A stretch of 64,000 nt of DNA from Phoronis australis. Lineage: Eukaryota; Animalia; Phoronida. Below are positions 38,201-53,200 of the stretch, one piece after another (position 1 is the first letter of the stretch; every line of letters starts with the position of its first letter). The translations under genes were made by a program, and so were the position numbers. The DNA lies in contig NMRA01000571.1 in the NCBI GenBank assembly GCA_002633005.1, forward strand, positions 81,299-145,298. The letters are read 5' to 3'. Under the pieces are notes generated by a model. That model had not been told where the DNA came from. It made no database searches and worked only from the letters and a program-made list of their open reading frames with translations.

Positions 38201-41200
38201 CACATACCTGTCCACCTCTCTAAGCCCGGCAAGACACAGCTGCAGGTAATGTTCTGTCAATTGCCACTGAGGGAACATCTTAGGGAACAAGCCACTCCTG
38301 TAAGGAACGAGATAAAAATGGAAAAAACCTGCTTAGTAAAAATTACTAAATATAACAAGTAATTTCAAATAAATTGGACAACACCGAAATTGGATGAAGT
38401 TTCGAGACACAAAACTGCATAAATATCTTTTCCACAAAGAACCTGTTTCAATCCTAGTATCCATCACAATATCGACAGGTGCTGCTCCTCGCACATTACA
38501 AGTCCATTTCACAAATAAACAACTCTCAGCTTCATACAACAAAGCTTCATTAAAATCTAACTGACATTCAACAAAGACACTATGTGGCCCAACCAACCAG
38601 CCAAATAATTTGGCCCATTTTTCAAGCTCGGCTTCTAACATCGTGGTGACTGGTAACAATTTTTCAAAACATTGCCTATAGGTAGCTACTTGGTACCGAG
38701 CTTCAACACAGAAAAGTGACTTAATTTGGTGGTCCGTATCCTTGACGCAACAAAATGAGAATAAGACGATTCCCCTTGTTTGCCATGTTATGTCCTAAAT
38801 TAGCAAAATTTCACTGTATTCAGATCCCAACCACTACGGACCTTTCAGACTTAGCGAATGGAAAATGTATTGTAGGACCAAACAATTCTCACTACAATGT
38901 CACTGAAATGCCAATAAAAACGTATATCCTGCACAACAACAATATTCTGATGAAAAAGATAGCTATAAAAAATTTTAGAATATTTAGCGTAAACGAGAGA
39001 CCAAGGACGACTAGCTATGCTGAGCTTGTCATTTTTATTTTTGAATGGGAAGACAAAGACAGGCCAGCGAGACTGCATGCACAATGATTCATAACCTCAC
39101 CCTTACCTTCCAATGTAACTCCTCCAGGGGTAGAGTTCACGCGCCTTGTAGTCCCTGGCCTCTAGAGGCTCCGGAATAGTGAGGTAGGCGGCAGAAAATG
39201 ATGGTTTAGAGATGTCGCTGAGCTCTGCCAGAGCAAAGTGCATGTTGCGGGCTATGGCCTGATAAAAATATATGGAAAATATGCAAACATCTCTAGCACA
39301 ATGCAGGAATTTGAAGCAGAAAGCTTAGTTCATGTTTNTCATATCTTCATAATAAACAATTTTTGTGAACGTACAAAAATCTAAATTCACTAGAGATAGT
39401 TAATGCCTCACCAACAGATTTGACCTTTGACAACGTGTCAAGCGATTCTCCAGTTTCCTTCCTGGACGGTGGAGCAGACACTTTTGCCGAGCTCTGTGGA
39501 CGAGATAGGCTACCAGTGCTCGCCTGATCAGCTTGACTTGCCGGCCTACTTTCCTCTGCTTCACCCCCTTCCGCCTCCACTTCATCCTCCTCTGCAAGTA
39601 GTTCCTCTGCATTCAAAGCACCGCTGTTCAAGACATCCTCCATAAGTAGAGAGACTCCGAGTATTTCACCATGCGCCACATGTCTGAAAGAAACATTTTT
39701 GGCACTTCATTAAAAGTAATACACAGAGATAATTACGGTGAGTTAAAACTTCCAGTTTAAATCAAAATGTTTACCAAAAGCAGCTATATTCCTGCAGCAA
39801 TAGTCTTTAAACATTTGGAATCTCGACTAACCATCTTAAAAAACCTCTTAAAAATTAGTTACTGTACCAAATCAATAATGTTTTCAAGGAGACCGATGAA
39901 AATGATTGGCTTCATAAAAAAAAAACTATTTTGTAGCTCATAACACAAAACAAAATATTTAACTTTCAGAGTACAGACCATGGATGTTTTATCTCAGTCT
40001 ACAAAATTCACCATCATTTCCAAAAACGTCTCTATTGAGAGATTTACAAAATTTATCTCCATCAACTGACTTTCACTACAATGTCATCAGTGAAATCATG
40101 TACACCCACACCCACACCCACCCACACCCACCCACACCCACCCACACCTACACCCACAAGAAACCATGCAAGCCGCCTATGAATTTCAGAATCAATAACA
40201 TCAAACTACATCAGCTCCAAACTGCTTTTTGAAATAATTTTTTATGAGAATGTAGATCTCTCAACAGAAGGTTGGCCGGACATATTTCTACAATGAATGA
40301 ACAGAACGAAGACCCTCAATGTATCCACTCAGTAAATAAGTGGATCTCAAGACTGTTATAGATAACAATGGCCCACAGTTGATGTTTCATGCGTTTTCTT
40401 TTCAAATGTAAGTAGTAGAGGCCATGGTGCACTGCTTCTCAAAACATGAAAAGTAATGTAGCTTCAGCCTGAGCCAGAAGATTTCCCACATACCTGTCCA
40501 CCTCTCTAAGCCCGGCAAGACACAGCTGCAGGTAATGTTCTGTCAATTGCCACTGAGGGAACATCTTAGGGAACAAGCCACTCCTGTGAGGAACGAGATA
40601 AAAATGGAAAAAAACCTGCTCAGTAAAAAGTACTAAATATAACAAGTAAGTTCAAAATAAATTGGACAACACTGAAATTCGAATGAAGTTTCGACACACA
40701 AAACTGCAGAAATATCTTTTCAACTAGAATCTGTTTCAATCCTAGTGTCCATTACAATATCGACAGGTGCTGTTCCTCGCACTTTACAAGTCTATTTCAC
40801 AAATAAACAACTCTCACCTTCATACAACAAAGCTTCATTAAAATCCAACTGACATTCAACAAAGACACTATGTTGTGATAAAAGCCCAACCAACCAGCCA
40901 AATAATTCGGCCCATTTTTCAAGCTGGGCTTCTAACAACGCGGTGACTGGTAACAATTTTTCAAAACATTGCCTATAGGTAGCTACTTGGTACCGAGCTT
41001 CAACACAGAAAAGTGACTAAATTTGGTGCTCCGTATCTTTGACGCAACAAAATGAGAATAAGATGATTTCCTTTGTTCGCCATGTTATGTCCTAAATTGG
41101 CAAAATTTCACTGTATTCAGATCATAACCACCCAGCGAATGGGAAATGTATTGTAGGACCAGACAATTCTCACTACAATGTCACTGAAATGCCATATCCT

Positions 41201-44200
41201 GCACAATAACAATATTCTGATGAAAAAGATAGCTATAAAAAATTTTAGAATACCTAGCGTAAACGAGAGACCAAGGACGACTAACTATGCTGAGCTTGTC
41301 ATTTTTATTTTGGAATGGGAAGACAAAGACAGGCCAGCGAGACTGCATGCACACTGATTCATAACCTCACCCTTACCTTCCAATGTAACTCCTCCAGGGG
41401 TAGAGTTCACGCGCCTTGTAGTCCCTGGCCTCTAGAGGCTCCGGAATAGTGAGGTAGGCAGCAGAAAATGATGGTTTAGAGATGTCGCTGAGCTCTGCCA
41501 GAGCAAAGTGCATGTTGCGGGCTATGGCCTGATAAAGATAAATGAAAAATATGCAAACATCTCTAGCACCATGCAGGAATTTGAAGCAGAGAGCTAAGTT
41601 GATGTTTCACCACATGGTATAGCTCAAATTGCAATGTCTTAACATTTCCATTATCTCTCAAAAATTAGTCAAAGGAACAGTCTGGTCATAATAAAGCTCT
41701 GGAGGAGACTAGTGTCTTTCGTAATCACGGCATGTTAAGTCCCCTGTCAAATTTGATGTCCTTGGCATCACTTTCAGAGTCATGGCGATCGAGGAATTTA
41801 AAACTTCTACCAGAAAAATGCCAATAAGTACTGTAAGAAACAAGAAAGCTTTGAAGTTAAATTCATCTAGCTAATCTTTACACAAAAAGCATTTATTTAC
41901 AACATAAAATGATTACTTTCTCCTCGAGGTTGACTGAGACCAATTTGGTCACCCTGAAACAAATGCTTGCTTATTGTTTGTGAGACAAAAATTTACTTGA
42001 AGTACTTGAAAATGTACATTCATTCTAAACATGTGGTGCCATTGCCTCACTAGTGCCACCAAGTGAGTGTTATTCATTACATCTCACCTGATAAGCATGC
42101 AGGTTCCCTCGCGACAGGAAAGTGTCCCTCATGCTGAAGCGGACGGACGTGTCAAATTCAAGGAACATGATCTCGCGCCTCAGCTGCAGAAACTGGGCCA
42201 CCATCTCTGGACTGTGAGGACTAGACAGGTGATTCACTTGTCTCTGTATCTCACGCAGCTCTGAGCCTGAAGTGGACAAAAGAGGGCTCTTGAGGTTAGC
42301 AGCAACCAAATGAAAATGTGAACAATGGAGGCTCATAAGGTTATGAGTAACCCAATGGAAATGTGGAAACACGCCTAAAAATCTAATTTAATACAATAAT
42401 TGCAGTATTGCAGTCTTAGAGATCAGATTCAACTGCAGAAGAGTGTAACTGAATGCTCTGCATGACTTTCCAATTAAAATACTGACAAAGAAAGTGGATT
42501 TATTATTAAATTATTAAATAAACCTTCAAAACATTTTGAGATTTTATTTTAAACATTGCTAAAAGCTTGCACCAAGTCCCTCATTAACATATTTCAACAA
42601 CGTTAATCAAGACTTACCATGAACACGGTGAACAACATTTTATGAATGAAACAACCACAAAATGGGGTAGCTTGACTGGGCCAGCATGAAGTCATTATCC
42701 CAGTAATTGGTCAATACAACCAGTGTGCCATCTGTGATTGGCCGAATAACTAGTAAATTAAGTCCGACTTACCAATGCCTTCTGTCCCTCCCCAATCGGC
42801 CGACACAAATTCCATTTTCCTACTGCCAAGTCGGGCAGTCGAACTGCCGAGTCTGGAGTGGGCGCACAGGTATTGCACAATGTCGTGGAGCGAGCCGACT
42901 ATCTGGAAAGTGGCGTAAAGACAACATAAACAGATTGCTGCAACAGGGTAAATTGTAAAGATATCCGCACACCGCACACAGACATCCATATGTCAAATCC
43001 ACAATGAATTTTGGAAAATATTTAATACTTCAAAATAAACGACAACATTTTTCACTATAAAATAGCAATTATTCAGTACCACACACTTGGTTCCTGTTCT
43101 GTTGAGAGTAATAGTTGTTGTCATTTCAACAACAATCTTTGGTTTTGTGCTCTTCCTGATGAATCTTTAAATAATCCTAAACTGGGAGTAACAAGGGCTT
43201 GCAATAACCAATGACAAAAAAGACGAGAATTTTCCAGATGATGTATCATTCCAATAAAAAATAGCCTTGTGTGATAGAAATACTTCTTGTGTAGTAAAAT
43301 TTAACTGAACTGATTATGTTTTTGCATGAAAAGTCAAAAAATGATAAAGTACAAAAACGGGGAGACTGGAAATGAAATAAGAGGAAATAGAAACCAAAAA
43401 GAGCAAAAATCCTGAGCTCTTAAAAGATGAAACTTCCAAGCCCTGAGTAACTTCCTAAATACAAAGCACTACTTTCCATGAGGCTCATCCAAATCGGTTC
43501 ACAATCATTCAAGCCAAGACTAAGAACAGCAGGCAAGAGACTAGTGCGGTAAACATTCTCCAGTTTGGGACAGTCAAAAAAATTTGGGGTCAGAAATTCA
43601 AGCTGGAATTGAAATTTATTGTTTCTGAAGATTGGAACGTGGGAGACTGTGATGATCATGATCACTTTTCTCACATATCAGACACGACGTTTTGTATCAA
43701 GAAAGTAGATAGCAGTTCATAAAATTGTCAAAAACAAATGCCCAACCAACGTTTTACAAGCATCCCCACTATCAAATAATTGTGTGTAATTCTTGAATTT
43801 GGGACAGCCAACATCCCTTATTTCTAAAATTTGGTACAAATTTTGAAACATGAGCCAAATAATTAATTTTTCAGTCCCAAACAGGAGAAGTTTTACCATA
43901 CCAGTGAAATTCTCATAATTGGCTAGAGTACACAGTATTCCACCAAGAGAGGCCACAGTCCAAACCATTGAGCTACCAAATCATTATGAAACAGCTGATC
44001 TGAGTGGCTGTTCTCATGACAACGCAATATGAAACAGCTGATCTGAGTGGCTGTTCTCATGACAACGCAATATGAAACAGCTGATCTGAGTGGCTGTTCT
44101 CATGACAACTCATTATCAAACACCTGACCTTAGTGGTCATTCTCATAGCAAGAAAAATGGCGTTCATAGGCAGAAACGCACCTGCAGGTAATACGTCAGA

Positions 44201-47200
44201 GCCTTATGGCACTGTTCATCATCCAACTGTTTGAACATGACTAGCACCTCGGAGTGGTGCGGGATGAACCAGATGTTGAGAACGTGCTGCCCCTCGTTGG
44301 ACATCATGCGCCGCGCTCGCTTACGCAGCTTGCGCGGGTCGGACGCCACCGCATCGGGGAAGTCATCCGTCTCGACCTTTTTCTCAGTAGGCTCACCCAT
44401 CATGAAGTAGGTGTCCCTGCAGGATAATTGGACCAAATTCAGCTTAAAAACAACAACCATCACAGTGTTGATTGGATGACGCTGCTACCAAACATCATGA
44501 GGAAGTTGGATCCACTAAGACTGTCACATGACCTGATTTGGAGGAATTTGAGATAATTCTATTTTGATCTACTCCACGAATAGTTTGGTTGTTGGACTTA
44601 TCAATGATGATGAAAGTTATTTTAACATTCAGATAACCCGCAGCAGTGCCCAAATTTGAATGTTGTGTTTTAGACAATGGCAAATTTTATGGGGGACATA
44701 AACAAAGTTCACACAATCATCAGGCTCTCAAAACTGTCAAAGGGCGTTCTTGATGCCCTCCAGCTGTGATAACCCCCAAAACATTGAATTTTAACATTTG
44801 CGGCCGATGTTGGTCCCAACAATTTTAATTGAAGGTTGAACATTTCTCAGTGCTGCCGGGACAACCATTGTCGTGTAACTGTCTAGATGAAGTCTGTACT
44901 GTGTCTTGTGTTGAACATATTAGAATGATTGTGCAGACATTTAGGGCCACAATAAAAAACCTCATTCTTGTAGGAAGACAGCTAGAGATGATACCATCAA
45001 AGAGAGCCACCTACCTGATGTTGGGGAAGTCCTCCAGTAAGTTCAACAAACTGTTGTAATAGGCAATGATCTGAGCTCTCATGGAGTACTGTGCCACACG
45101 TGTGTTGAAGCTTAGACAGAAACCCACGATCAGCGACCTGCAGGTAGTAATCGGCGAAAATGAGTAATGGCCTTATAACAACCAATCAGAATACAGGATT
45201 TTAACTGAAGTAGACATCAATGTGATAGACAGTAAAATAAATGTTATCTCCCTCTCTATCATAAACTGCCTTGCATTATGAAGTGGGTTGAATTGGGTAG
45301 TTAAAGGGGAATGATCAGTTTATGGCTTAAAAACCCATAACTGGGTTTATTGAAGAATGGCATAGACTTCTTGAAGTTGTTAGCTTTGGCCAGAGCTATG
45401 AAACAACAAAAGGACTGGTGTAAGTGGGTTTTAGTGTTTTTACTACAAATTGCCAATTTTCGCCCTAATCAGCCAGACATTTGATGAAATTAAGGCCAAC
45501 GCCTTATTAACCAGTAAAATCTGCTTAAAATATCCTGCAATTAATCAAATGGGTTTAAACACGCCAGCAGAGCGTGCAAGACTATGACCACAGGGGTTGC
45601 AGGTTCGATTCTGTACCAAAGCTGAACCGCCTCAGAAGCAAATCATCTTCTATTAACCCACTATCAGTTTATGCAATCAAATCAACAAGATCAGACACAA
45701 TTCATTCTCGTAATTACCCCAACTGGCACAGCCAGCACAAAAATATAGTCTATGACAAATAAATGCCATAAAGTTTATCACAATTCACAGCAGGATATCA
45801 TTGGTTTTTGCATGCACCGTGATGATGGAAGCAAGCAATCTCGAATCGGATGAGCCTCACGAGACATTTGTTGATAAATATCTATGGATATGTTCTACGT
45901 AAACAAAGCTCAGGTCAAAATTTTGTGAAAGATGAATATCACATTATTTGTGTATGTCCCGTCTGCAATCATTTGAGAATAAGGTTGCTGCCTAACTTTC
46001 TTTGCACCAACTCAAGTGATCGTTCTGTTTTGAGATTGACGAGAATTTTTGATCCCTGTGTATTGAAAAGTTTTGTTAATTATTAACTTTGTGTATCATG
46101 CTTCTGTACTCAGACAAAAACTGGGTGTCTAAAATATTACGTGTGCTCGTATGAGTACTCGTGCAATGCATTACACATATGCCATATAATTGTACNCGTG
46201 CAAGACTATGACCACAGGGGTTGCAGGTTCGATTCTGTACCAAAGCTGAACCGCCTCAGAAGCAAATCATCTTCTATTAACCCACTATCAGTTTATGCAA
46301 TCAAATCAACAAGATCAGACACAATTCATTCTCGTAATTACCCCAACTGGCACAGCCAGCACAAAAATATAGTCTATGACAAATAAATGCCATAAAGTTT
46401 ATCACAATTCACAGCAGGATATCATTGGTTTTTGCATGCACCGTGATGATGAAGCAGGCAATCTCGAATCGGATGAGCTTCACGAGACATTTGTTGATAA
46501 ATATCTATGGATATGTTCTACGTAAACAAAGCTCTGGTCAAAATTTTGTGAAAGATGAATATCACATTATTTGTGTATGTATGTCCCATCTGCAATCATT
46601 TGAGAATAAGGTTGCTGCCTAGCTTTCTTTGTACCAACTCAAGTGATCGTTCTGTTTTGAGATTGACGAGAATTTTCGATCCCTGTGTATTGAAAACTTT
46701 CGTTAATTATTAACTTTGTGTATCATGCTTCTGTACTCGTACAAAACTGGATGTCTAAAATATTACGTGTGCTCGTATGAGTACTCGTATATTGCATTAC
46801 ATATATACCATATATGAACTGTGGGCCGATGGCCTCGAGTGCAAATAAATGATGAATATCAGTTAAATTGTGTTTGAACATGACCACAAGGCACAAGTGC
46901 ACTGCCACCACCCGCCCCACAAGGACACAAGTGCACCGCAACAAGGACACAAGTGCACTGCCACAAGGACACAAGTGCACTGCAACAAGGACACAAGTGC
47001 ACTGCCACAAGGACACAAGTGCACTGCCACAAGGACACAAGTGCACTACCACAAGGACACAAGTGCACTACCACAAGGACACAAGTGCACTGCCACAAGG
47101 ACACAAGTGCACTGCCACCGCCCGTCCCACACCCACATACACATTACCTCTTCAGTTTCTCCATCTCTTCAGGATTCTTCAGAATGAGGCCCATGGCAGT

Positions 47201-50200
47201 CTTTTTCTCTACGTACTCATTCAGCATCACATCTCGACTAGGAATCTGTAGGACGGAAATTGTGGAAACTTTAGAAGTCCATCTTATAAGCCTCTAAATT
47301 ATCAAATACAACCCGGCCTTTCAGGTCGAGTCAAATTTTCATTTTTTTTGGAAAATAGACCTCGACAGGTACTCATAACAAAACAATCACCATACGATTA
47401 ATGTCAAATAGTTCAACAGTGTCTTGGGAACTTTGATTGAAAATTCAAATAAAGAACAGGTCACTCAACTGCAGTAAAACCTCGCCAATTTCAGACAAAA
47501 ATAATTGCCAAAACTGGCCTTCCTTCAGATTTCAAAGACTTTTAAAAAATTGTTATGAATACCCACAGTTCCTCAAAATTAACGTCTGATGGAAGTTTTA
47601 GCTTGGAACTTTAAAAATGACATAGCGTTTATTTGATGCTAGTAATTTTTAGCAAAAAATAATACAAAAAAATATCCGTCATATTGCATCTAACATAATG
47701 GCGATATTTCTCCATCCTCAAAAATACTCACAGTAGTAAATAATTTCAAATGCTGACTCAGGATGGTGACCAAAAAGACAAAGACAACAAAAAGATACAG
47801 AAGGGAAATGTTTCACACCTTTTCTAGCTGGATAGAAACGAATGCTTCGGGAGACCTCCGGTTCTTCAGATACTTAGCTCTGTTCATCTGTTCTGTCGCC
47901 CGAGTGGTGCTGCTGTACCCTGTTGTGGCGGTCAGTGTTGACCGCTCGCTCTTAGTCTCCGAGGGGCTGATGCGGCCACTGGCAAGAGGTAAAAGGTAAT
48001 TAAAGTGGACCTAACAAGGTTTGTATTGAATTTCACAAGAACAGAGAGATGTTTCCATGGCAAAGGTACCGTAATCTTTTTGAAAACGTCACTTTATGAT
48101 ATGTCTGCGACATTTAAATGTTAATGTTGGATTAGAATAAATCAAAGGCTGGCACTCCTATAACATATAGAATTATAGTAACTAACACTTCAAGCTAAAT
48201 TAATTTTACAACTTTATTTAAGACACATGGGTTCAGGCTGGAAGGTATTTTTATCTTCCTTTGATATTGTTTTCATTTTAAGAGTAATCCGACTCAATGT
48301 ACAAACTAGCTGTGATGATTTGTTCCTTAAGGATAACACTTTTCCACAGAACCTGAAGAGAGGCATAGACTGCACGGAAAGAGAGCCCTCAGGGTTTTTG
48401 AATTATAGAAAATATGACAAAATCTCACACTTCCTAGACTGTCTAATACATGCCACAAACAGTCAGATAAAATGATCCATACGTCCCCATCATGACGCCT
48501 GACCAAAAGTAAACTTCTCCACCACGACAAATGGGTGCAAATGGAATTCACCATAAGAGAAGTGAGAATGGCATGTCATGGTGTGTCACTCACATGTAAT
48601 GAAACCTTGTGTCAAATTACTTCCGGCATGTTCTGTACCTCTGAATTTAGAACACAATGCAGGAACTAGCTTCTAGTTTTACTTTCAAAAGAAGCACCTA
48701 TCAAATAAGTTATCAAATAAAAATTCAGTTTTCTAAATTCTTTTCACACAGTGCTGTCAACTTACGACTTTGCTGTGTCATTGCCTGGCTCCTTCAGTGA
48801 TTGACAGACGTTACCCTGTAATACTGCAGCTATCACACCGTTGGTATGGACAATCTGAGTCATCAGTATTGCTTGCAGGCTGTGCACCCCTTTACCCTTT
48901 AGTAGCTGTGAAGCAAAAAGTACGGTACACATTCCCTAGTTTGGTACAGTCTCCAACACTTGGGACACCGAAATTCAAGCCCAAGTAAATTTTCTTTGTT
49001 CTGATGAATGGGACATGGACTTTTCTGGCATTGTTAAATATCGGACACTATGTTGTGTATCAATAGTCTGAAAATAGAGAGCTTATTTGGCAGTTCATAA
49101 AATCTGCTGCCGACACAAGGTTTTCATGGGTTCTCATAGCATGTAACATTGAGGCCAATGATTGTTTCTGACTTTTGACATGTTACAAGTTTTGTACAAC
49201 CGCAAAACTGAAACATGTGCAACCAGTACTATACCATTAAAATTCCAAAATTTTGAATGTCGGTAATTTTGCTATCTTTCTTGTATTTTTGAATTTGGGA
49301 TGGCAAATAGTGCCTCCTTCAAAATGTTGCACAAACTCTGACCTTGAGCAAATGGACTCATACTTGAGAATTACACTTACTCACTGAGATATATGTTTGT
49401 TTAAAACACCGTGTGGAATCCATGTGAAGTTCTTAACTCCAACACATAAACTTACAGGATGATATACACAAGGTTTCCAAAACATAGCGGAAAAAATTGT
49501 TATAACTACTGTAACAGTAAGTTCCAAAAGTTTACATTTATATTTTTTCCCACTTACACAAGAATCCATCAGTTAAGAGCAACCCTAAAGTGTAATTTTA
49601 TTTTGAATGTTGAAGAAAGTTATACTTCCACCTAGTATGTAGAAAGCCTGCAAAGAGCAAATGACAGTTCTAGCATATAGATTTGACCAAATTAAATAAT
49701 CATTACAGACTGCCCTACACAGTCATACTGTGTTCAATCTACTTGAAGTAAACAACTACTGTTAGTAGATAATACTAAAACAATCATTTGACAATCAGTA
49801 GCTGTGGTTTCCTGACAAAGTGGTTTGAAATCTACCAGAATGATGCTTTACAAATGAAGCAAGAGAATTCTAAAACTTTTGTGTTGCGCTCTTTTTACAA
49901 TCAACCTACCTGCATGAGTCCATCTTCATTTTTGAAAGTAAATCGTCCGACGTGTCCCTCGTCCAACTCATGAATAGCTAAACAAAGGTCTTTGGGAACA
50001 AACCTAGAAAAACGTGACAACATTGTACGATTAATTAAGCCATGAGCAATTCTCTAGTATGTTAATTATAATTGGAATGGGTTAAAAATGAATTTCATAA
50101 GTTCAGTAACAAAATCAAGACTCCAGTATGCAAATACGGGGCTACAAATTGACAAAAGATCTGCTCAACTTGAACCCTGGAATTGCTACACAACAAATGA

Positions 50201-53200
50201 CAGATACGCACATTTACTCATATTATCAATGTTATCAAGGCAGCCTATTACAGAGACAACTGACCTGCCACTCACACCAGGTGGCAGTACCTGCTTGAGT
50301 AGGTTGTCAAAGAGCAACAGCAGCACAGAGTGGTGTATTATTTTATAGAACAGCTGGCAAAGGAGCTACTGCAGGTCTGCACCAGTTTGTCTTTCATGTA
50401 ACTATAGGGCCTCTCAAATCACTTTTTAAAAAAATGTTCCAAGCTTGGACCAGTACCTTTTTAGTAACTACAACATGCAATTTGCAAATCCTTAAAAATT
50501 GGAACAAAATTATTTTTCTTAGGTAAAAAAAGCACTCTGAAAGAACAAATTAATGTCACAATGAATAAAGCAGAGTTTGGGAAGAAGGCCAACATAATGT
50601 GTACTGAATGAGGCTGGGAGATTCAGAGTGGAACTACAGGAAACAACAAAATTTACAACAAAAATGAAGCAATTTGGAATTATGGAAGAGGGGATAAAAC
50701 AAAAACAATAATTAGATGGGTGGGATTGCCATACTTTGTCCTGGAAGGAATTCCTGGTTCTGAGCTGCGACGGAAGAAATATTCAAAATATTCAATTTAA
50801 TAATAATTACCAAATTCTAACCACACTACAACCACAATAAGTTGAATGTAAATCTCGAAAAAAGCAGGATTTGAACATAAAACCAAACTAAAATGCCACA
50901 TGACCTCAAAAAGTCGGATAACCTTGAAAAGCTTCCTATAATTAGCAGACAAACTTTTTGCAGGATATTTTTGCAGGGTAAGAAGCAATTTTAGTCTCAC
51001 TTTCCTGGGCCTCATGGTGCTTGACTTTTACTGCAAAGCAAGAACTCACAGAGGGTTTGCCACGTGTAAGACTATTGGCCTTACACACCGTTATGAAACA
51101 AAAGCTGATTTTGACACACTTTTTGCTGACTTTGGAAACCCGAAAATGTTCTACTCGGGTCACACAAAACAAAAACAGTGAGCCTCAGGTGAACTGTCTG
51201 TTGATAGTAAATGATGAAATTCTAATTAGCATGGCCTGAACAGCATGACGTCATCACAGTAATCTACATGCCACACAATTACGCACCCCATCACCCCATC
51301 TTAATGCAAAGCTAGCGTTTCAGATTGTCGTTAATAACGACACTACATGAAATTGAATAGGCAATTGAATCAAATACGTTAACTTTGTTTTTGTCCGATT
51401 ATTCAACAGAGCTGACCCAAACTCAAAATCACCAAATATCTGCAGCACTGTTACAATATTTCAACCACGTCTACTGACCTATCCACCCCTGGATCATCCT
51501 CGAGGATAGACGTAATGAAAATGGGAGGTGGTTTTCCCGCGTCTGGCTTGTGCACGGCAAACTCGAACTGGACAAATCTCATAAACAAGTGGTACTCCTC
51601 AAAGCCCATCTCAGTGGCAAGTTTACGGTAGATCTGCAAGACACACAACAAATGAACGAGCGAATGAGCCGCTTGCCAACTAAAATGATCAAATGTTCAC
51701 ACTGACCACTCAGCTGAAATCTTCTTCTAAAAGAATATTTTATTGTCTACAAATACAAATGAACAATGATTGCCATTTAATTACCTTATTGCAGATGATT
51801 ATAGTAACTGAACAACCTATGAAAGGTTACATAATTTCTATTCAATTCTTGTTCAGGGTAGCTATGCCGCATGAATTAAAACCTGTTTCTAAATAAGGTG
51901 AAAATACGTCATTTAACTAGCAACTTACTAATAAAATCGGATATCTCGATTAAAATAACTGCGTTTAAAATAAACACTAAAATTTAAATGCTCCAACATC
52001 GTATAACATACCTTATACATAAAAGTAAGAATGAATACTTTTTATATCTTAAATCTAAGCCACGGATACTACGACTATCACAAACACTTTTCAAATTTCA
52101 TGTACCACATTATGTACAATGTCCAACTGCTTGCTTCCAAAGATTAAAGGTTTGTCAAGCGTAAAGATGAGTCAGTTACGTACATATTTTTCAGTTTGGC
52201 TCAGTGAAAAATTAAATACTTGCCTCAAGGTTAGAACAAAATTTTAGAAATATGCAATATCTGACGTCCCAAATTTAAGAATTATCATCAATGACAAGCG
52301 ATCATTCACCGCGATATTACACATTATTTGTACACATAAAAAGGTTGCCTTGGCAGCAATTTCCATCGAATCAGACTGATGTTGATAAAAACTCAGTGAC
52401 CAAAATTTGACGAATGCCACTTCCCAGTTTATAGAATAAAGAAAATTGAAAACCTGTTAATTCTGTGTCCTAAATCTTAGAGGCCTCCCAAACTGGAGAG
52501 TTTTATCGTGCTCTCGAGTACTGCTGCACAAAAACTTGGATTGACGGTTCATACCTTTGACAGTATCTCAGTCTCATGAGCGGACTCTATCAGTCGATGG
52601 CGTAACGTGAGCACCTCCAAAAGGTTCGCCACCACCTCTATCACTCCCTGCTGGCGGAGTTTGGCCGTCTTCTTGCCGGACTCTTGCTCGCATTTGACAA
52701 TCAAATTATTGGCCACAGTGCACATGAATGTAGGGTCCTCCGCATAATTGTCAGCGAAAAGCTGGAGGAGAAAGGCACAGTTATAATAGATGCATAAGAT
52801 AGAGTATACGTCAAAAGTATTGGCCAGGGCAAAATTATCCAGAATTCCATGCCATTCCCTCTGAGCGCAAGTAGAATTCCCTTAAATGACCTCTGAGCCC
52901 GAAAGGAATTCAGCATTGCACACCCATATATGCCCAGATCATTTAACAAACAGCCGCCACCCCCACCCCCCTCCCGGAGGTGATATAGCACACCTGAACT
53001 GCTGCAACTATAAATGTCAGACAGCTCTAGCTGAGCCCAAAGCCCACTCACATCGCGTTGCGTCTGCATTGTGTAAGACGCCCCCAACTTCTCCATACTG
53101 TTCCACTCTTGCGTCGCCGTCTCCAGAAGTTTCCGCTCCAGTTTCAGACATTCCATTGTCGTCTCGGGTTTGTGGGTGAAGTGCAACTCCCAGTAGCTGT

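Larger units (their letters stand above)
37076..41607. repeat. Tandem near-identical ~2.27-kb blocks (37076-39337 and 39339-41607) joined at the N at 39338; probable allelic haplotigs
   Basis: Identical ORF-track peptides offset by 2263. Intronic SNPs and indels, and a different (CACACC)n length. Confidence 0.92.

Noticed and set aside
45561-45620. tRNA gene (GGTTCGATTC B-box; copy at ~46197-46245)
   Set aside because: No complete cloverleaf or acceptor stem could be built. At most a decayed tRNA-derived SINE head.
46884-47118. CRISPR-like array, or Cys/His-rich repeat-protein ORFs (also the arrays at 1-151 and 43985-44151)
   Set aside because: Head-to-tail units with no unique spacers and no cas genes, in a eukaryotic intron. 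The ORFs are a by-product of a stop-free 22-bp unit.
50291-50401. Extra CCDC162-like exon
   Set aside because: Splice-like ends, but stops in all three frames, and the flanking exons already join in phase.
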